Below, piece by piece: positions 36,322 through 46,427 of a stretch of DNA of 64,000 nt (positions are counted from its first letter, which is position 1; each line of letters starts with the position of its first letter). Made by a program: the position numbers and the translations under genes. This stretch comes from Porphyridium purpureum. Taxonomy: Eukaryota. A model generated the notes under the pieces. The model worked only from the letters and a program-made list of their open reading frames with translations. It was not told the origin of the DNA and searched no databases. The stretch covers positions 744,001 through 808,000 of the forward strand of contig VRMN01000001.1 in the NCBI GenBank assembly GCA_008690995.1, given 5' to 3'.

Positions 36322-36637
36322 GAGGTAGGAAAATCAAAGGGCTCTGGCCGTGGCTGTGGTTGTTGCGGTACTCTCCCGGGCCGTAGGCGGTCTCGGGCCC
36401 TGCCCAATTGCGCTGCAGCGTCAGCCTCAGCTGGGCTGGATAAGAGACAAGGTACGCATCTTAGCTTAGCCGTAGAGCATGTAAAAGTCAGCACTTTTAT
36501 TCAAACCGTGCGGGATCGCCGTGCGCTTGCGGTTCAGTAGGTACTGTAAATTAGACTTCACAAGGTCGCCCGGCACGGGTGCGTAGTTGGCTTGCTTCCA
36601 CATGCTCGCTCGCTCGCTTGCTTCGTCGGAGAAGGCA

Positions 36638-37462
36638 ATGGCGGCGTTCGTTGGCCCTTTCTGCGGCATATGCGGCCAGCCCGCGGCGCGAGAAAACGAA
36701 ACTCGCCCGTGGTGGCACGGAAAGACGCCGCTCTTCGCGAGAAAGCCGCCGCATGTACCGCGCACGTATGCGGGACCAGTCCTGCGTTGTTCTGTTGATC
36801 CGAGTGAGGCGCGAAACGGCCGCGCTGTGTCGCGGCGCGACGTTCTTTTCGGGTTGTGCGTCGCTGCGGCCAGTAGTCTGCCTCTGTTCGGAGTCCCTCC
36901 GCGTTTAAACGCAGAGGAAGCTTCCGCGTCGAGCTCGACTGGTGTTGCGGCACCAGCAGCGCAGAACGGAGGTGCCTCGTCCAGCACGGTGCAGCCGGGC
37001 ATTGTGGTGCTTCCGAACGGTCTGCGTTTCACCGATTTCGTGCAGGGCGACGGAGCGCAGCCTACTTGGGGCGATTTGGTCTTGATCGAGTACCAGACAT
37101 ATGTGGTGAAAAACGGCAAGGACCTCCAGCTTCTTGATACGACGGAAGGGCGCGACCCGTACTTTTTCCACCACGGCAACGGGTTTCAGATGCAAGGCAT
37201 GGAAGAAGCAGTGCATACTATGCAAGTGGGAGGGTTTCGTCGCGTGATTATTCCGCCACACATGAGCTATGTGTCAAGTGACCTCGGGCCACTCCCAGAG
37301 ACTGCCAGGCAACGCACGCGCATGAACCAAGCACTGAACGAAGCGCAAGGCCTGATTGTCATGGATTTGCGGCTGCTCCAAGTCCAAGCGACCGAGGACC
37401 CGCGCGGCTACTACTCAGACATCACGGACCGGGCAGCAATCAAGAAGCTGCTGAGCCAGTGA
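36638..37462 (+). CDS. Thylakoid-lumen FKBP-type peptidyl-prolyl isomerase
   Basis: MAAFVG transit peptide, twin-arginine VSRRDVL + hydrophobic + LNA signal, FKBP motifs GLRFTD..GDG, GMEEAV..MQVGGFRRVIIPP. Confidence 0.88.
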   Translation: MAAFVGPFCGICGQPAARENETRPWWHGKTPLFARKPPHVPRTYAGPVLRCSVDPSEARNGRAVSRRDVLFGLCVAAASSLPLFGVPPRLNAEEASASSSTGVAAPAAQNGGASSSTVQPGIVVLPNGLRFTDFVQGDGAQPTWGDLVLIEYQTYVVKNGKDLQLLDTTEGRDPYFFHHGNGFQMQGMEEAVHTMQVGGFRRVIIPPHMSYVSSDLGPLPETARQRTRMNQALNEAQGLIVMDLRLLQVQATEDPRGYYSDITDRAAIKKLLSQ

Positions 37463-37920
37463 GGGAGTGCGCAGTTCTCTCCATTTCCGTGCGGGCTGAA
37501 CCCGTACACTCAACCAACCAGGTTATACATTTGAGTATGCGTCCTGGTGTCTCCACTTTGCAACTAAAGGCCCACACCGCACGCGAATTGGCGAGGTGTC
37601 ACTGACTGTGGGCCTCGTTCTCAGTCTCGGTCTCAAACTAAAAGAAGGGAGCTGCATATGACGTTCTCTGTCTGCGGCTTATGGATGGACGAGCACCACT
37701 GTCAAACTCACACTTTCGCCGCAAATTCAGCCGAGCGGCAAACACGCGTAGTAAACCGGTCCCGTTTTTATAAGCCGCTGTCGAACTGTGTCATGCGCTT
37801 CTGGTGACCAGTTTGCGGAATGGACTAGGTAGAACGCGATTGGATTGGGAAGGAACGCGTGGGCACTGACGAAGCGGTAGGTGCTTTGGGAATAAAGGTT
37901 GGGCTACACTTCAGCTCAAG

Positions 37921-38868
37921 ATGGCCGACCGAGCGATACTGTCACCGGGACTCAAGTCGCCGCCGCCCGAGCGTGACATGAAGACGGCGAGCCAACGCAT
38001 CACGCTTTCAGGGCGTCTCGCCGTACAGGACGGCATTGCCAAGGCGACCGGCGGCCCCATTGATATGTACCGCGCGCGCACGCGGGATGAGTGGAAGGCG
38101 CTCTTGGGAAGGGAGCGCTACCTAGTCATGCGGTACCGCAAGTTCGAGCCGCCGGGCACCGGGCCGTACCACGACTTTGAACGTGAGGCGTGCGAACTGG
38201 ATGGGCTGTTCGTTTGCTACGCATGCAAGTGGGTCTTGTTTGATATCGATGCGTTTCAGCAAACACACTCTGGATGGCCCGCGTTCACCGCCACGTTGGG
38301 CGAGCAAGTGGTCAAAGCGTACGGCGATGACACCGAGGGCGGTATGCCATTCTTGGAGTACTTTTGCGCGCACTGTGAGGGCTTCTTGGGTAAGTCGCTG
38401 TGTACTGGGGGCGCCAATACCATTCAGATCAGCGGCTACGCCATTGAGCTAAAAAAAATGTCCGCAGAGGCCAAGCACACGAAACTCGTTGAGCTTGCGA
38501 TTATCCCAGGAGATGGCCGCTCCGCGAACTCCAAGGGGGGCAAGATTTCTCGTGGTTCCTCCTTGAAAGATCTGATGCGGAGCAGTTCCAACTCTGCAGA
38601 AAACAGCTCTCGCCAGGCATCAGCGGAGGGCAAGCCGAAGCCGGCCGGGCGCACGAGCGGGATTCTACCTTACAAATTCTCAGGTCTCGCAAAGAGCCCG
38701 GACGCCGCCCCGCGAGCGAACTCAAAGAACATCGCGAAACCGTCCCTGGCCAGCCCAGACGGAGCATCGAGCCCTTCCGCGGAGACTGCCAAGGCGCCTG
38801 CACAGAAAAAGGGGTTGTTCTCGCCGCGACAAGCGTCACGGAACGCCAGCACCGGTGGGAAACCGTAA
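37921..38868 (+). CDS. MsrB/SelR-like zinc-binding protein lacking catalytic motifs, with Ser/Lys/Pro-rich tail
   Basis: EWKALL..RY.VMR..FEPPGTGPY, CYAC..LF, SGWPAF, EYFCAHC.GFLG. Confidence 0.75.
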   Translation: MADRAILSPGLKSPPPERDMKTASQRITLSGRLAVQDGIAKATGGPIDMYRARTRDEWKALLGRERYLVMRYRKFEPPGTGPYHDFEREACELDGLFVCYACKWVLFDIDAFQQTHSGWPAFTATLGEQVVKAYGDDTEGGMPFLEYFCAHCEGFLGKSLCTGGANTIQISGYAIELKKMSAEAKHTKLVELAIIPGDGRSANSKGGKISRGSSLKDLMRSSSNSAENSSRQASAEGKPKPAGRTSGILPYKFSGLAKSPDAAPRANSKNIAKPSLASPDGASSPSAETAKAPAQKKGLFSPRQASRNASTGGKP

Positions 38869-38956
38869 GGCCTAATCGTGAGATTTGGTTTATAATATGC
38901 AAACATAAACGATACAGAGGTCTCACGCACACACTCGGTAGCAAGCGCGCGGGTAC

Positions 38957-39499
38957 TTAGATCGAAGTGGGTCCAATTTCGTCGGCGTCATCGTCTGGAC
39001 TGTACAGAATTTCTTTGACATCGTCAAGCGTAACTGGCTCGTCACTCTTAACGTATTTGCCCGGATTTGCGAGCGCATCAAAGATCTGAGGAAGGAAGAG
39101 CAGCGCGGGTACCTGTGACTCGATTCTGGTCGATACATTTTCAACATTCCGCCTCGCGATTTCGATGGGCATATTTCGTGACGCCGGATTGGCCACCTCG
39201 GACTTCACGTCCCACTCGAAGCTGATGTGACGGCGGTTCGTGACCATCTCAAAGTGTTGCATAGCCTTCTTGTCGATGTGCGGTGACTTGTTCACGCACC
39301 AACGCCTAATCTTGGGGCGCAGCGCGCCCACCCCGCTCACGCGCTCGGCGCCCCCCAACTTTAGCCCGATCATGTACCGCCGCATCGTCTCGTTGATCTT
39401 CCATTTCCTCGTATCGTACGTCTCAAACTGGTACACGTATGACCGCGAAAGGCGTAACGCCCTCACGGTTCCCGGTCCTGGCCCAAGAGGAAGTGCCAT
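38957..39499 (-). CDS. rps10: Mitochondrial ribosomal protein uS10
   Basis: GVGALRPKIRRWCVNKSPHIDKKAMQHFEMVTNRRHI matches the S10 signature (SPHVDKKSREQFE). Confidence 0.85.
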   Translation of the reverse strand: MALPLGPGPGTVRALRLSRSYVYQFETYDTRKWKINETMRRYMIGLKLGGAERVSGVGALRPKIRRWCVNKSPHIDKKAMQHFEMVTNRRHISFEWDVKSEVANPASRNMPIEIARRNVENVSTRIESQVPALLFLPQIFDALANPGKYVKSDEPVTLDDVKEILYSPDDDADEIGPTSI

Positions 39500-39612
39500 T
39501 GCCTTGTGCGCCACACTTCGTCTCTTCGACTCTCCGCTTTTCCCAGACGGGGATTCGCTACATTCAACCTTCCAAGACGAAGACGGGTGCGCAAGAATCC
39601 TTGACTAGCACG

Positions 39613-40413
39613 ATGGCGTTTGTAGCGTATAGTCTGAGCACTACTGGCAGCGCCGCCCGGACGGCATGGACGTGCCCTTCCACTCAGGGGCTTGGCATCA
39701 GACTGGGGCGTGGATCCGGTGGACGTGCACGCGCGAAGCCAGTCCCGTCATCGCTGGCGCGGTGGACAGCGTCGATGCAGCTCAGTGAGCGGGTGAATTA
39801 TGTCGTGGAGGTGCCCATCAAGTCATCTGTGGCGTTGTCTGCAGGAGAGATGTTGTTGCATGAGCGCTGGCTAAGTAATGTACCGCTTGATCAGGAGCGC
39901 CGTGCCACGTCCGTGCAGCTGATCGCGGATTTGACGAGCAATCAACTTTCCGTAGGTGCCTTTGGTATTGTCGGTGCCCAGATTGGCACCGCGAAGAGTG
40001 ATTTGGTGCAAACGCTGGTGCTCGGCGATCCGCTGTATGAACAAGGAAGGTACGCAATCGCAGAGGCGTCAGTGCGGCAGTGGCGGCCCGTCGTGAAGGA
40101 AAAGCTGAACGTTCTGCTCAAGGGTTCCGGTCCCGTTTTCTGCTTTACGGGTATTGATCGGCCAGGTTGCAGAGAGCTGCGAGCGTCCACTCGGCCAAGA
40201 CATTTGGCATTTCTCTCCAGCTCGGGAATACCGGCACTGGGAGGCCCCCTGTTAAGTGACACAGACGGCGGTCCTGTTGGTAGTCTAGTCGTCATCCAAA
40301 GCCTGACCGAGCAGACTGCAGCTACATTGTTTGCCCATGATCCATATGCACAGGAAGGTCTGTTTGCGTACACTCTCATCCGCGGTCTGGCTCGTGTTCG
40401 TGGTGCTTTCTAA
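39613..40413 (+). CDS. Plastid-targeted protein with tandem YciI-like domains
   Basis: MAFVA transit peptide; RASTRPRHLAFL..GGPLL..GSLVVI..DPYAQEGLF; degenerate first copy (LHERWL..GDPLYEQG). Confidence 0.75.
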   Translation: MAFVAYSLSTTGSAARTAWTCPSTQGLGIRLGRGSGGRARAKPVPSSLARWTASMQLSERVNYVVEVPIKSSVALSAGEMLLHERWLSNVPLDQERRATSVQLIADLTSNQLSVGAFGIVGAQIGTAKSDLVQTLVLGDPLYEQGRYAIAEASVRQWRPVVKEKLNVLLKGSGPVFCFTGIDRPGCRELRASTRPRHLAFLSSSGIPALGGPLLSDTDGGPVGSLVVIQSLTEQTAATLFAHDPYAQEGLFAYTLIRGLARVRGAF

Positions 40414-40642
40414 ATGAAAATGATGTCGATATGAATGTCGAATATGCAGAGTCCTTCTGCATTGTGAGATCATCCTAGAAGAGAAGCCTTGGGATCAATT
40501 ATGACGACACGCCCAACTATCACGCCTTCAGCTGTGTCCTTTGACATTTAGTCCTGTCGCACGTGACTCGAGAGCGCGCAGCCTCGCGCGGCAGTACGCG
40601 ACAAGGACGATTTCTTCACGATTATACACCTTGAACGCGAGT

Positions 40643-41863
40643 TTATTTGCGCAAAAGAATATTCAGAATTACCGTGGCAATGAGGCCCACAAAGACAAGA
40701 AAGACCACACTATTAGATGCCTTTTCTTTCTCAGTCAAGAGCCCCATTTCTTCCCGTATTTTGCGCTCTTTCGCGAGGCCTACCTCAGAGTAGCTTGTGT
40801 CGTATCGATCCGGCGTGAGCGCCGCAAAGTCCGGGAGCTTAAAGTCCATCACTTTGAGCCCTTCTCGGCTGGTATCGACCTTGAGCGCGTCCATGGCTTG
40901 AAACCCAAACGCGAGTTGTTTCACCTTGGATCTAATGTCAGAATACGGAGAGCGCCTCAGTTCCCCGTACAGCTCGCGTGCGCGCTCGCTGTTGCCGAGA
41001 ATTTCATTAGTCAACGCAAGCTCAAGATACACGTCGCCACCTAGACGGGAAAGTGGTGAAACATAGTCTAATACACTTTCGAGCGCTTCTACAGCTTCGT
41101 AGGGTCTGCTCTTGAACACCATCACGCGCGCCAAATCTAATTTTGCTTTGATCTCTTCTCGATGTTCCTCCTCCTTCTCCACATCGATTCCCATGGCTTT
41201 CCTGTACGCCGCCAACTTTTTCCGCGTTTCCTCTTGCTTCTTCAGTTCCTCTTCGTTCGAAAGATCAACTCCACCAGTAGGCAGGTTCTTGCCCCCGCCA
41301 TACGCTGATGAAATATTCTTCGGTCGCGGAAACACGCCCCACGTTGACACTTTTGGCTGATGGAAGGGCTTATCGTCGGGCGCACTTGCCTTGGCGGTCC
41401 CCGAGCTGGCGCCAGACATGAAGGCTTCTGCAGCGCGCATTTCTTGAAGAAGCACGTCCTCGAGCTTCTTCTGTCCCGCCTCTGAGCGCAAAGCATCATC
41501 CACGTCTTTGTCACCGCTCTCTGGAATCGAGCCTTCTCTCAGCTCCGTACCATGGCCTCCGGTTGCGCCTCCTTTCCCGCTCCGCTTCAATTTTGAAATC
41601 AGCGCCTCGATTTCGCGTGCGCGCTCCGGGCCTACCCCAGCATCGTTCGCGTTTGTTTTCCGCTGAGCCACAATCACCGCACACGTGCGCCGCGTGCGCG
41701 CTTGTCCTGGCCGGGCGTGACCAACTTTCTGACGCTGCGGGGCCTGCCCAGCATCTGTGTCATCGAGTCTCAGCAGATTCTTCAGCAGGGATCCCGAACC
41801 CACGAACGCCAGTGCAATCTGCTGCTGCGGCGGCGGCGGCGGCGGCGGCTGATGTTGCTGCAT
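40643..41863 (-). CDS. Conserved uncharacterised photosynthetic-lineage protein with TPR-like helices and C-terminal TM
   Basis: PKVSTWGVFPRPKNISSAYGGG motif (recalled from plant proteins of unknown function), helical repeat region, hydrophobic C-terminus. Confidence 0.7.
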   Translation of the reverse strand: MQQHQPPPPPPPQQQIALAFVGSGSLLKNLLRLDDTDAGQAPQRQKVGHARPGQARTRRTCAVIVAQRKTNANDAGVGPERAREIEALISKLKRSGKGGATGGHGTELREGSIPESGDKDVDDALRSEAGQKKLEDVLLQEMRAAEAFMSGASSGTAKASAPDDKPFHQPKVSTWGVFPRPKNISSAYGGGKNLPTGGVDLSNEEELKKQEETRKKLAAYRKAMGIDVEKEEEHREEIKAKLDLARVMVFKSRPYEAVEALESVLDYVSPLSRLGGDVYLELALTNEILGNSERARELYGELRRSPYSDIRSKVKQLAFGFQAMDALKVDTSREGLKVMDFKLPDFAALTPDRYDTSYSEVGLAKERKIREEMGLLTEKEKASNSVVFLVFVGLIATVILNILLRK

Positions 41864-42150
41864 GGCTCGGTCAACGCGAACGACTATCCACGCCAAACCT
41901 TCGACCCACCCTCCAACCTTCGGTGCGAGGAGGGCGCTCAATTCTTCTGGCGCCTCCGATTCTAATTTGAACGGTACCTATAAAGTACAGTGCGAGTTGA
42001 ATTGGTTGAGCGAGTCGCAGCTGCTCAGGAATGCTTGACCTGCATGACCGTGCGGACGAGCGTTGGTCTTTTACAGTGAGGACGCATTGACGAGTTGAGT
42101 TTCAGTATCCAGTGGAAAGAAAGCTCTAGGACAAAGTGAGAGAAGAGTGG

Positions 42151-43755
42151 CTACAAGTTAGCTTGTGAACGGCGCCTGAACGGACTTGAGCGGGATATGT
42201 ACGTGCGGAACACGTGGGCGACCAGCCGGATGGTGAAGTACGGGCAGAAGAGTACAAACCACATGGCGTGCGCCGAGGCGTACTGGCTGGACCGGGCCAG
42301 CATGAGGGCAATGGGGGCGGTGCATGCACCGGCGACCAACAGGGAGAGCGCGTTGAATGAGAAGTCCGACGCGGCGTAACTGAACGAGTCGTACAGCCAG
42401 ACCAAGCAAAACATCGGGAAGACACAGAGTAGCATTCGCATCACAGACAGCGCCTTGAGCTGCACCTGTGCGTCCGTCGCCATGATCTGCAGCCACTTGG
42501 GCATGGCAAACTGAGCCACGACTGCAATGGCGGAGCTCAGCGCAAGCGAGATAGCCACCAGTCGCGGAATGAACGCCCTCGCCGTCGCATGCGAAGTGTC
42601 TTCGACAAGATGCTTGGTGCACAGAATTTGCCCTGCTACACTGAGCGGTTCATGCAAGAATGTGAGAAACAGAAACGTAGACAGAACCAGCTGATGGCTG
42701 GCAATCTCGATCAGACCCATGCGCGTGATCAATGAGGACATGAATGTCCACACGCCAAGGTTCGAAACTTGTCGCACCAACAGAGCCCAGCTCGATTGCA
42801 TAAAGGCCATGACCTCCGAACGCTTAATGGGAGCCTGCGCCGTTTGGGCGGCATGTAACCCAAAGGTGTCTGGCCTGCGAAGCACATCCACGACGTATGC
42901 AATTGCGCCACATATTTGTGCAATGGACGTAGCAATCGCGGCACCGCGTAGCCCCATCTTCAGGGGACCAAACATCAGCAGCGGGTCCAGCACAAGGTTG
43001 ATGATTCCAATGAGCATTGAGATGCGAAAAGGCGTGACTGTATCCTGGACCCCGCGGTGCGCGCCATCGAGACACAAGAGCAGAAACATGAAGGGTAGTG
43101 CGACAATGCGCGCGCGAAAGTAAGCAAGAGCGTCACCAATAATTAGCTCTGTTGCGCCCATCGCGCTCAGCAATGGCCGCGCAAAGACAAACGACAAGAG
43201 GGCCAAAATTGTGCCCATACCCAGCGCTACGCTGGCAGACAACCGAACGGCGCGTGCGACGCCTGGCAGATCCTTTTTTGCGCTCGCGCGAGTCACCAAA
43301 AGCGCCGGCGAAATGGTGTACATGGGCTGAAACGTTGCAAAAATGAAGCTTGTGAGTGCACTGCATGGACCCATGGCTGCGAGCGGTCTAAGGCCCAAGC
43401 GGCCTACGCACGCCGTGTCCACAAGCGTCAGAAACGGATCGACGAGCAAGGAGCCCAGCGCCGGCACAGCCAGGCTCCAGACTTCATCATCGAAAGGCGA
43501 CTTCCTCCACGACAACTGCCAGAACTGACCTTCAGCGCGTGAGTCAATCAAAGGCTGCGGAAGATCTAGCGACGATGGTGGTGAGAGCGAATCCTCCGGG
43601 CTCTTTCTGTTCATCCAGAGGCCCCTGCTCCTGCCGCGTGCTCGACCGTGTTTAGATATCGCGAATTGAATCGATCCAAAGAAGCAAATATCTGCGCCTG
43701 ATGCACGTGTTCGCGCACCAGTGCGCCACTGTCCATGCGATTGAAAGGCCTGCAT
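42151..43755 (-). CDS. MATE efflux family transporter (DinF-like), probably plastid-targeted
   Basis: LAVPALGSLLVDPFLTLVDTACVGRLG, GAHRGVQDTVTP, NLVLDPLLMF..GLRGAAIAT, ASHQ. Confidence 0.92.
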   Translation of the reverse strand: MQAFQSHGQWRTGARTRASGADICFFGSIQFAISKHGRARGRSRGLWMNRKSPEDSLSPPSSLDLPQPLIDSRAEGQFWQLSWRKSPFDDEVWSLAVPALGSLLVDPFLTLVDTACVGRLGLRPLAAMGPCSALTSFIFATFQPMYTISPALLVTRASAKKDLPGVARAVRLSASVALGMGTILALLSFVFARPLLSAMGATELIIGDALAYFRARIVALPFMFLLLCLDGAHRGVQDTVTPFRISMLIGIINLVLDPLLMFGPLKMGLRGAAIATSIAQICGAIAYVVDVLRRPDTFGLHAAQTAQAPIKRSEVMAFMQSSWALLVRQVSNLGVWTFMSSLITRMGLIEIASHQLVLSTFLFLTFLHEPLSVAGQILCTKHLVEDTSHATARAFIPRLVAISLALSSAIAVVAQFAMPKWLQIMATDAQVQLKALSVMRMLLCVFPMFCLVWLYDSFSYAASDFSFNALSLLVAGACTAPIALMLARSSQYASAHAMWFVLFCPYFTIRLVAHVFRTYISRSSPFRRRSQANL

Positions 43756-43954
43756 AACAGTCGCTAGAAGTCAACACAAGGGACGATCCTCTCGTTCTCT
43801 TTCTTCGAGCCAAAGGACGCAAGGGTCGAAAGTCGGAATTCTCAGAAACAGCTCACGAGCCAGGTAAACAAATGTAAGTCTCGCAGCGAAACCAGTTAAT
43901 AATAGATGTCGCTTTGGCGACGTGTGCGGGAGGAACGTCACGGGTGGCAACATC

Positions 43955-44855
43955 ATGGCGGCGACGCAAGATTCCATCAAGACAGAGCAGGTGCTTGTGC
44001 GCGGCACAGTGGCGGGCATCGATGCAGATGCCGTGCTGACGTTGCTGCAGGCGCTGGTCGGTGACTACGGACATCTAGGCGCATTTCGCACGCACGAGCG
44101 CGTATTCTCATCAGCGGGCGAGAAAAACTTGAAGTGGTACCCGGTGCATGTGACGCACAGGCTACGCTACTCGTCGGGATACCCGGAACTGTTTCCATAC
44201 ACTATCAAGTACTATGGACGCCCAGACCCGCGGCAGCCACTTCCGTGCGTGAAGCGACCCGTTCTAGAGTCGAACAGTGTGTCCGATCCTGTACCGCTGC
44301 TCAAGGGTATGGGATGCGAGTTTGCCTTTGAGTACGTGCGCCAAGGATACAGCTTCCGCGCGCATAATCTCAATGTGGATTTTTATGAAATCCAGAAGCT
44401 GCAGACGCCCGGTGACCCGACCCGAACAGTCAAACTTATGGGCGATGAGGACGAGGAAGACGTTGTTGAGGAGCTCCGAGGTGAGAACCTCTGGATCTTA
44501 GACGTCTGGAGCTCAAGCAAAGATACTCGGGGCCCAGTTTCTGCAGCAGACGTTCAGGTACGTTTCTTTGATTTTCTTTTTGTGACTGTGCCCCAAACAG
44601 CTCAACCTTCGCAAGGACGCGAAAGTGGCTTATATGCACATTGGTATTTGTTCCCTGCCGGTGATGACACCTGTCGAGAAAGCGACTTGGCGTCGTGACG
44701 CTGAGCAACCGGAGTACTGACACTTTTTGATTTATTCGTTCGAGACACTTCACTTTTCACATTTTCATCACTGGACATATCGCCATATCATGTGCACCTA
44801 GGCATTCGCGCGCATGCTGCACCCGAGAGTCGTGCTGCGTGGTGCTCAGTCATGA
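43955..44855 (+). CDS. MED18: Mediator subunit MED18; exons 43955-44557 and 44802-44855
   Basis: HERVF, LKGMGCEFAFEYVRQGYSF. A phase-0 intron CAG|GTACGT...CCTAG restores the MED18-like C-terminus DVQ-AFARMLHPRVVL. Confidence 0.8.
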
Positions 44856-45659
44856 GCGCTCCGCGCGTCCTTGCACATCGTAGCCAACCTCCGTCACAAG
44901 AAACGGGCGTGCGACTTGCCACTCGCCGTTCTTGCTGCCGTGCGCCAGTCCCGTTGATTGCCTTCTTGGTCTGGAACGAATTTTAGGCTCATCATTATCT
45001 CGGCAGTACACCACACGTGTGATAAAGAACCAGCGCGTCAGCTCTCAAAGCCATCACATTCTCTCGCGCACATGGAGCCGCGGCCCAATCGATCTAGCGT
45101 ACTAAGAAGCATACTCTGGCTGCTCAGTGAGTGGGTTTCGCGTGATGAGCCACGTGACGCAAGGAAGAAAATTGAGCCAACTCTGTATACAAGCGTGAAA
45201 GCGTTCCGCCTTGGAGGTTCTATCTGCTACCGGCTGCTGTTCAGACCATGGTCTGTTGTACCACTTTGGCGATGGAAGCAGCATTCAAGACCGTCGCGTG
45301 GTCTGTTGACTCGGTCGAAGTCCCCAGGCTACCTTTCAAAAGTTGAGATCCCATATTGTGTTGTGCTGTTGGAGATCATGTTTCTGTTTGCCGTGTGAGT
45401 CTCGAAGATCCGGAGCAGGCAACTAGTTGTTCATCTCGCTGGTTCGTTCAGCACAAATGAGTTGCCATCGCCCCAAACGGTAAATGAATAATTCGCAGTA
45501 CACCCATGTACAGTCTGTGTGAAAATTAAAATAATGGCAGGACTGTACTTTTTTAATGTGGGTTGGTGTTGGACGAGGATGGAGCGACGATGGTCGGTGG
45601 GTGTGGGGGAAAGAAGATACTGTTGCGTGGATCGGTGTGGACGGTTCGGTGGTGGTAGA

Positions 45660-46315
45660 ATGGCTCGGAAGCGTGCTGGAGACGACGCCGAGTGGCAAGC
45701 GCTGGACGCAGAAGATCATGGAGTGCGAGAGTCTGCTTTGGAGAACGATGAGCGGCTGGATGCAGAAGGAAGGAACGAGGCTGACGGAGACGACACGTCT
45801 CGCCTGCGAGATGAACGATTATGTGCGTGTATTTGTGATCTTTAAATTAGGCCTTGTTGTGGCTTCGCAATGCTGCGCTCGAAGGGAGTCCGGAAATGCT
45901 GACCTCTGATCCTTGTTGTTGTCTGTGGAACGGACCTTCCTCTCTGATTGTGTGCTGCGGTTTAGACGAATTCCATAAGCGCGTGCCACAGCGAGCGCAT
46001 GCGCATGTAAACGAAATCTACGTGAGCCGTGGGACGCGATTCGGGGCTCTGTTTGCACGCGCGCTGCATCTGCTACTGAACAAGCGCGAGCCCGAAGTCG
46101 TCATTCACGGCATGGGCGCCGCGACGCAGACGGCGTGCGAGCTGGCCCTCAAGCTCACCCGCGACGTGGCCGAGTGCCAGCTCCTCCTTGCCGTGCACAC
46201 GCACACAGTCACTGTTATCGACGACTTTGAGCCAGTCCAGCCAGGCCTGCCGCTTGTCACGCGCTCGCGCAACGTCTCGGCCGTGCGCATCCGCGTGTAC
46301 CGCGCGTCATCATAG
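45660..46315 (+). CDS. POP7: RNase P/MRP subunit Rpp20/Pop7 (Alba-like); exons 45660-45822 and 45966-46315
   Basis: KRVP...NEIYVSRGTRF, VVIHGMGAA, TVTVIDDFEP, RNVSAVRIRV. A phase-1 intron GTGCGT...GCTGAC...TTTAG joins an acidic exon 1 to give RLYEFHKRVP. Confidence 0.82.
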
Positions 46316-46427
46316 AAACAGCTCGGACTGTACTTTCCATTCTCCATCTCCGTCCGCAAGCGCCAGCGTTGTTTGTCTGAGTTGCCTGGTGTTCGTTGTC
46401 GAGAGGATCTCCGTTGGCCAGACCATC

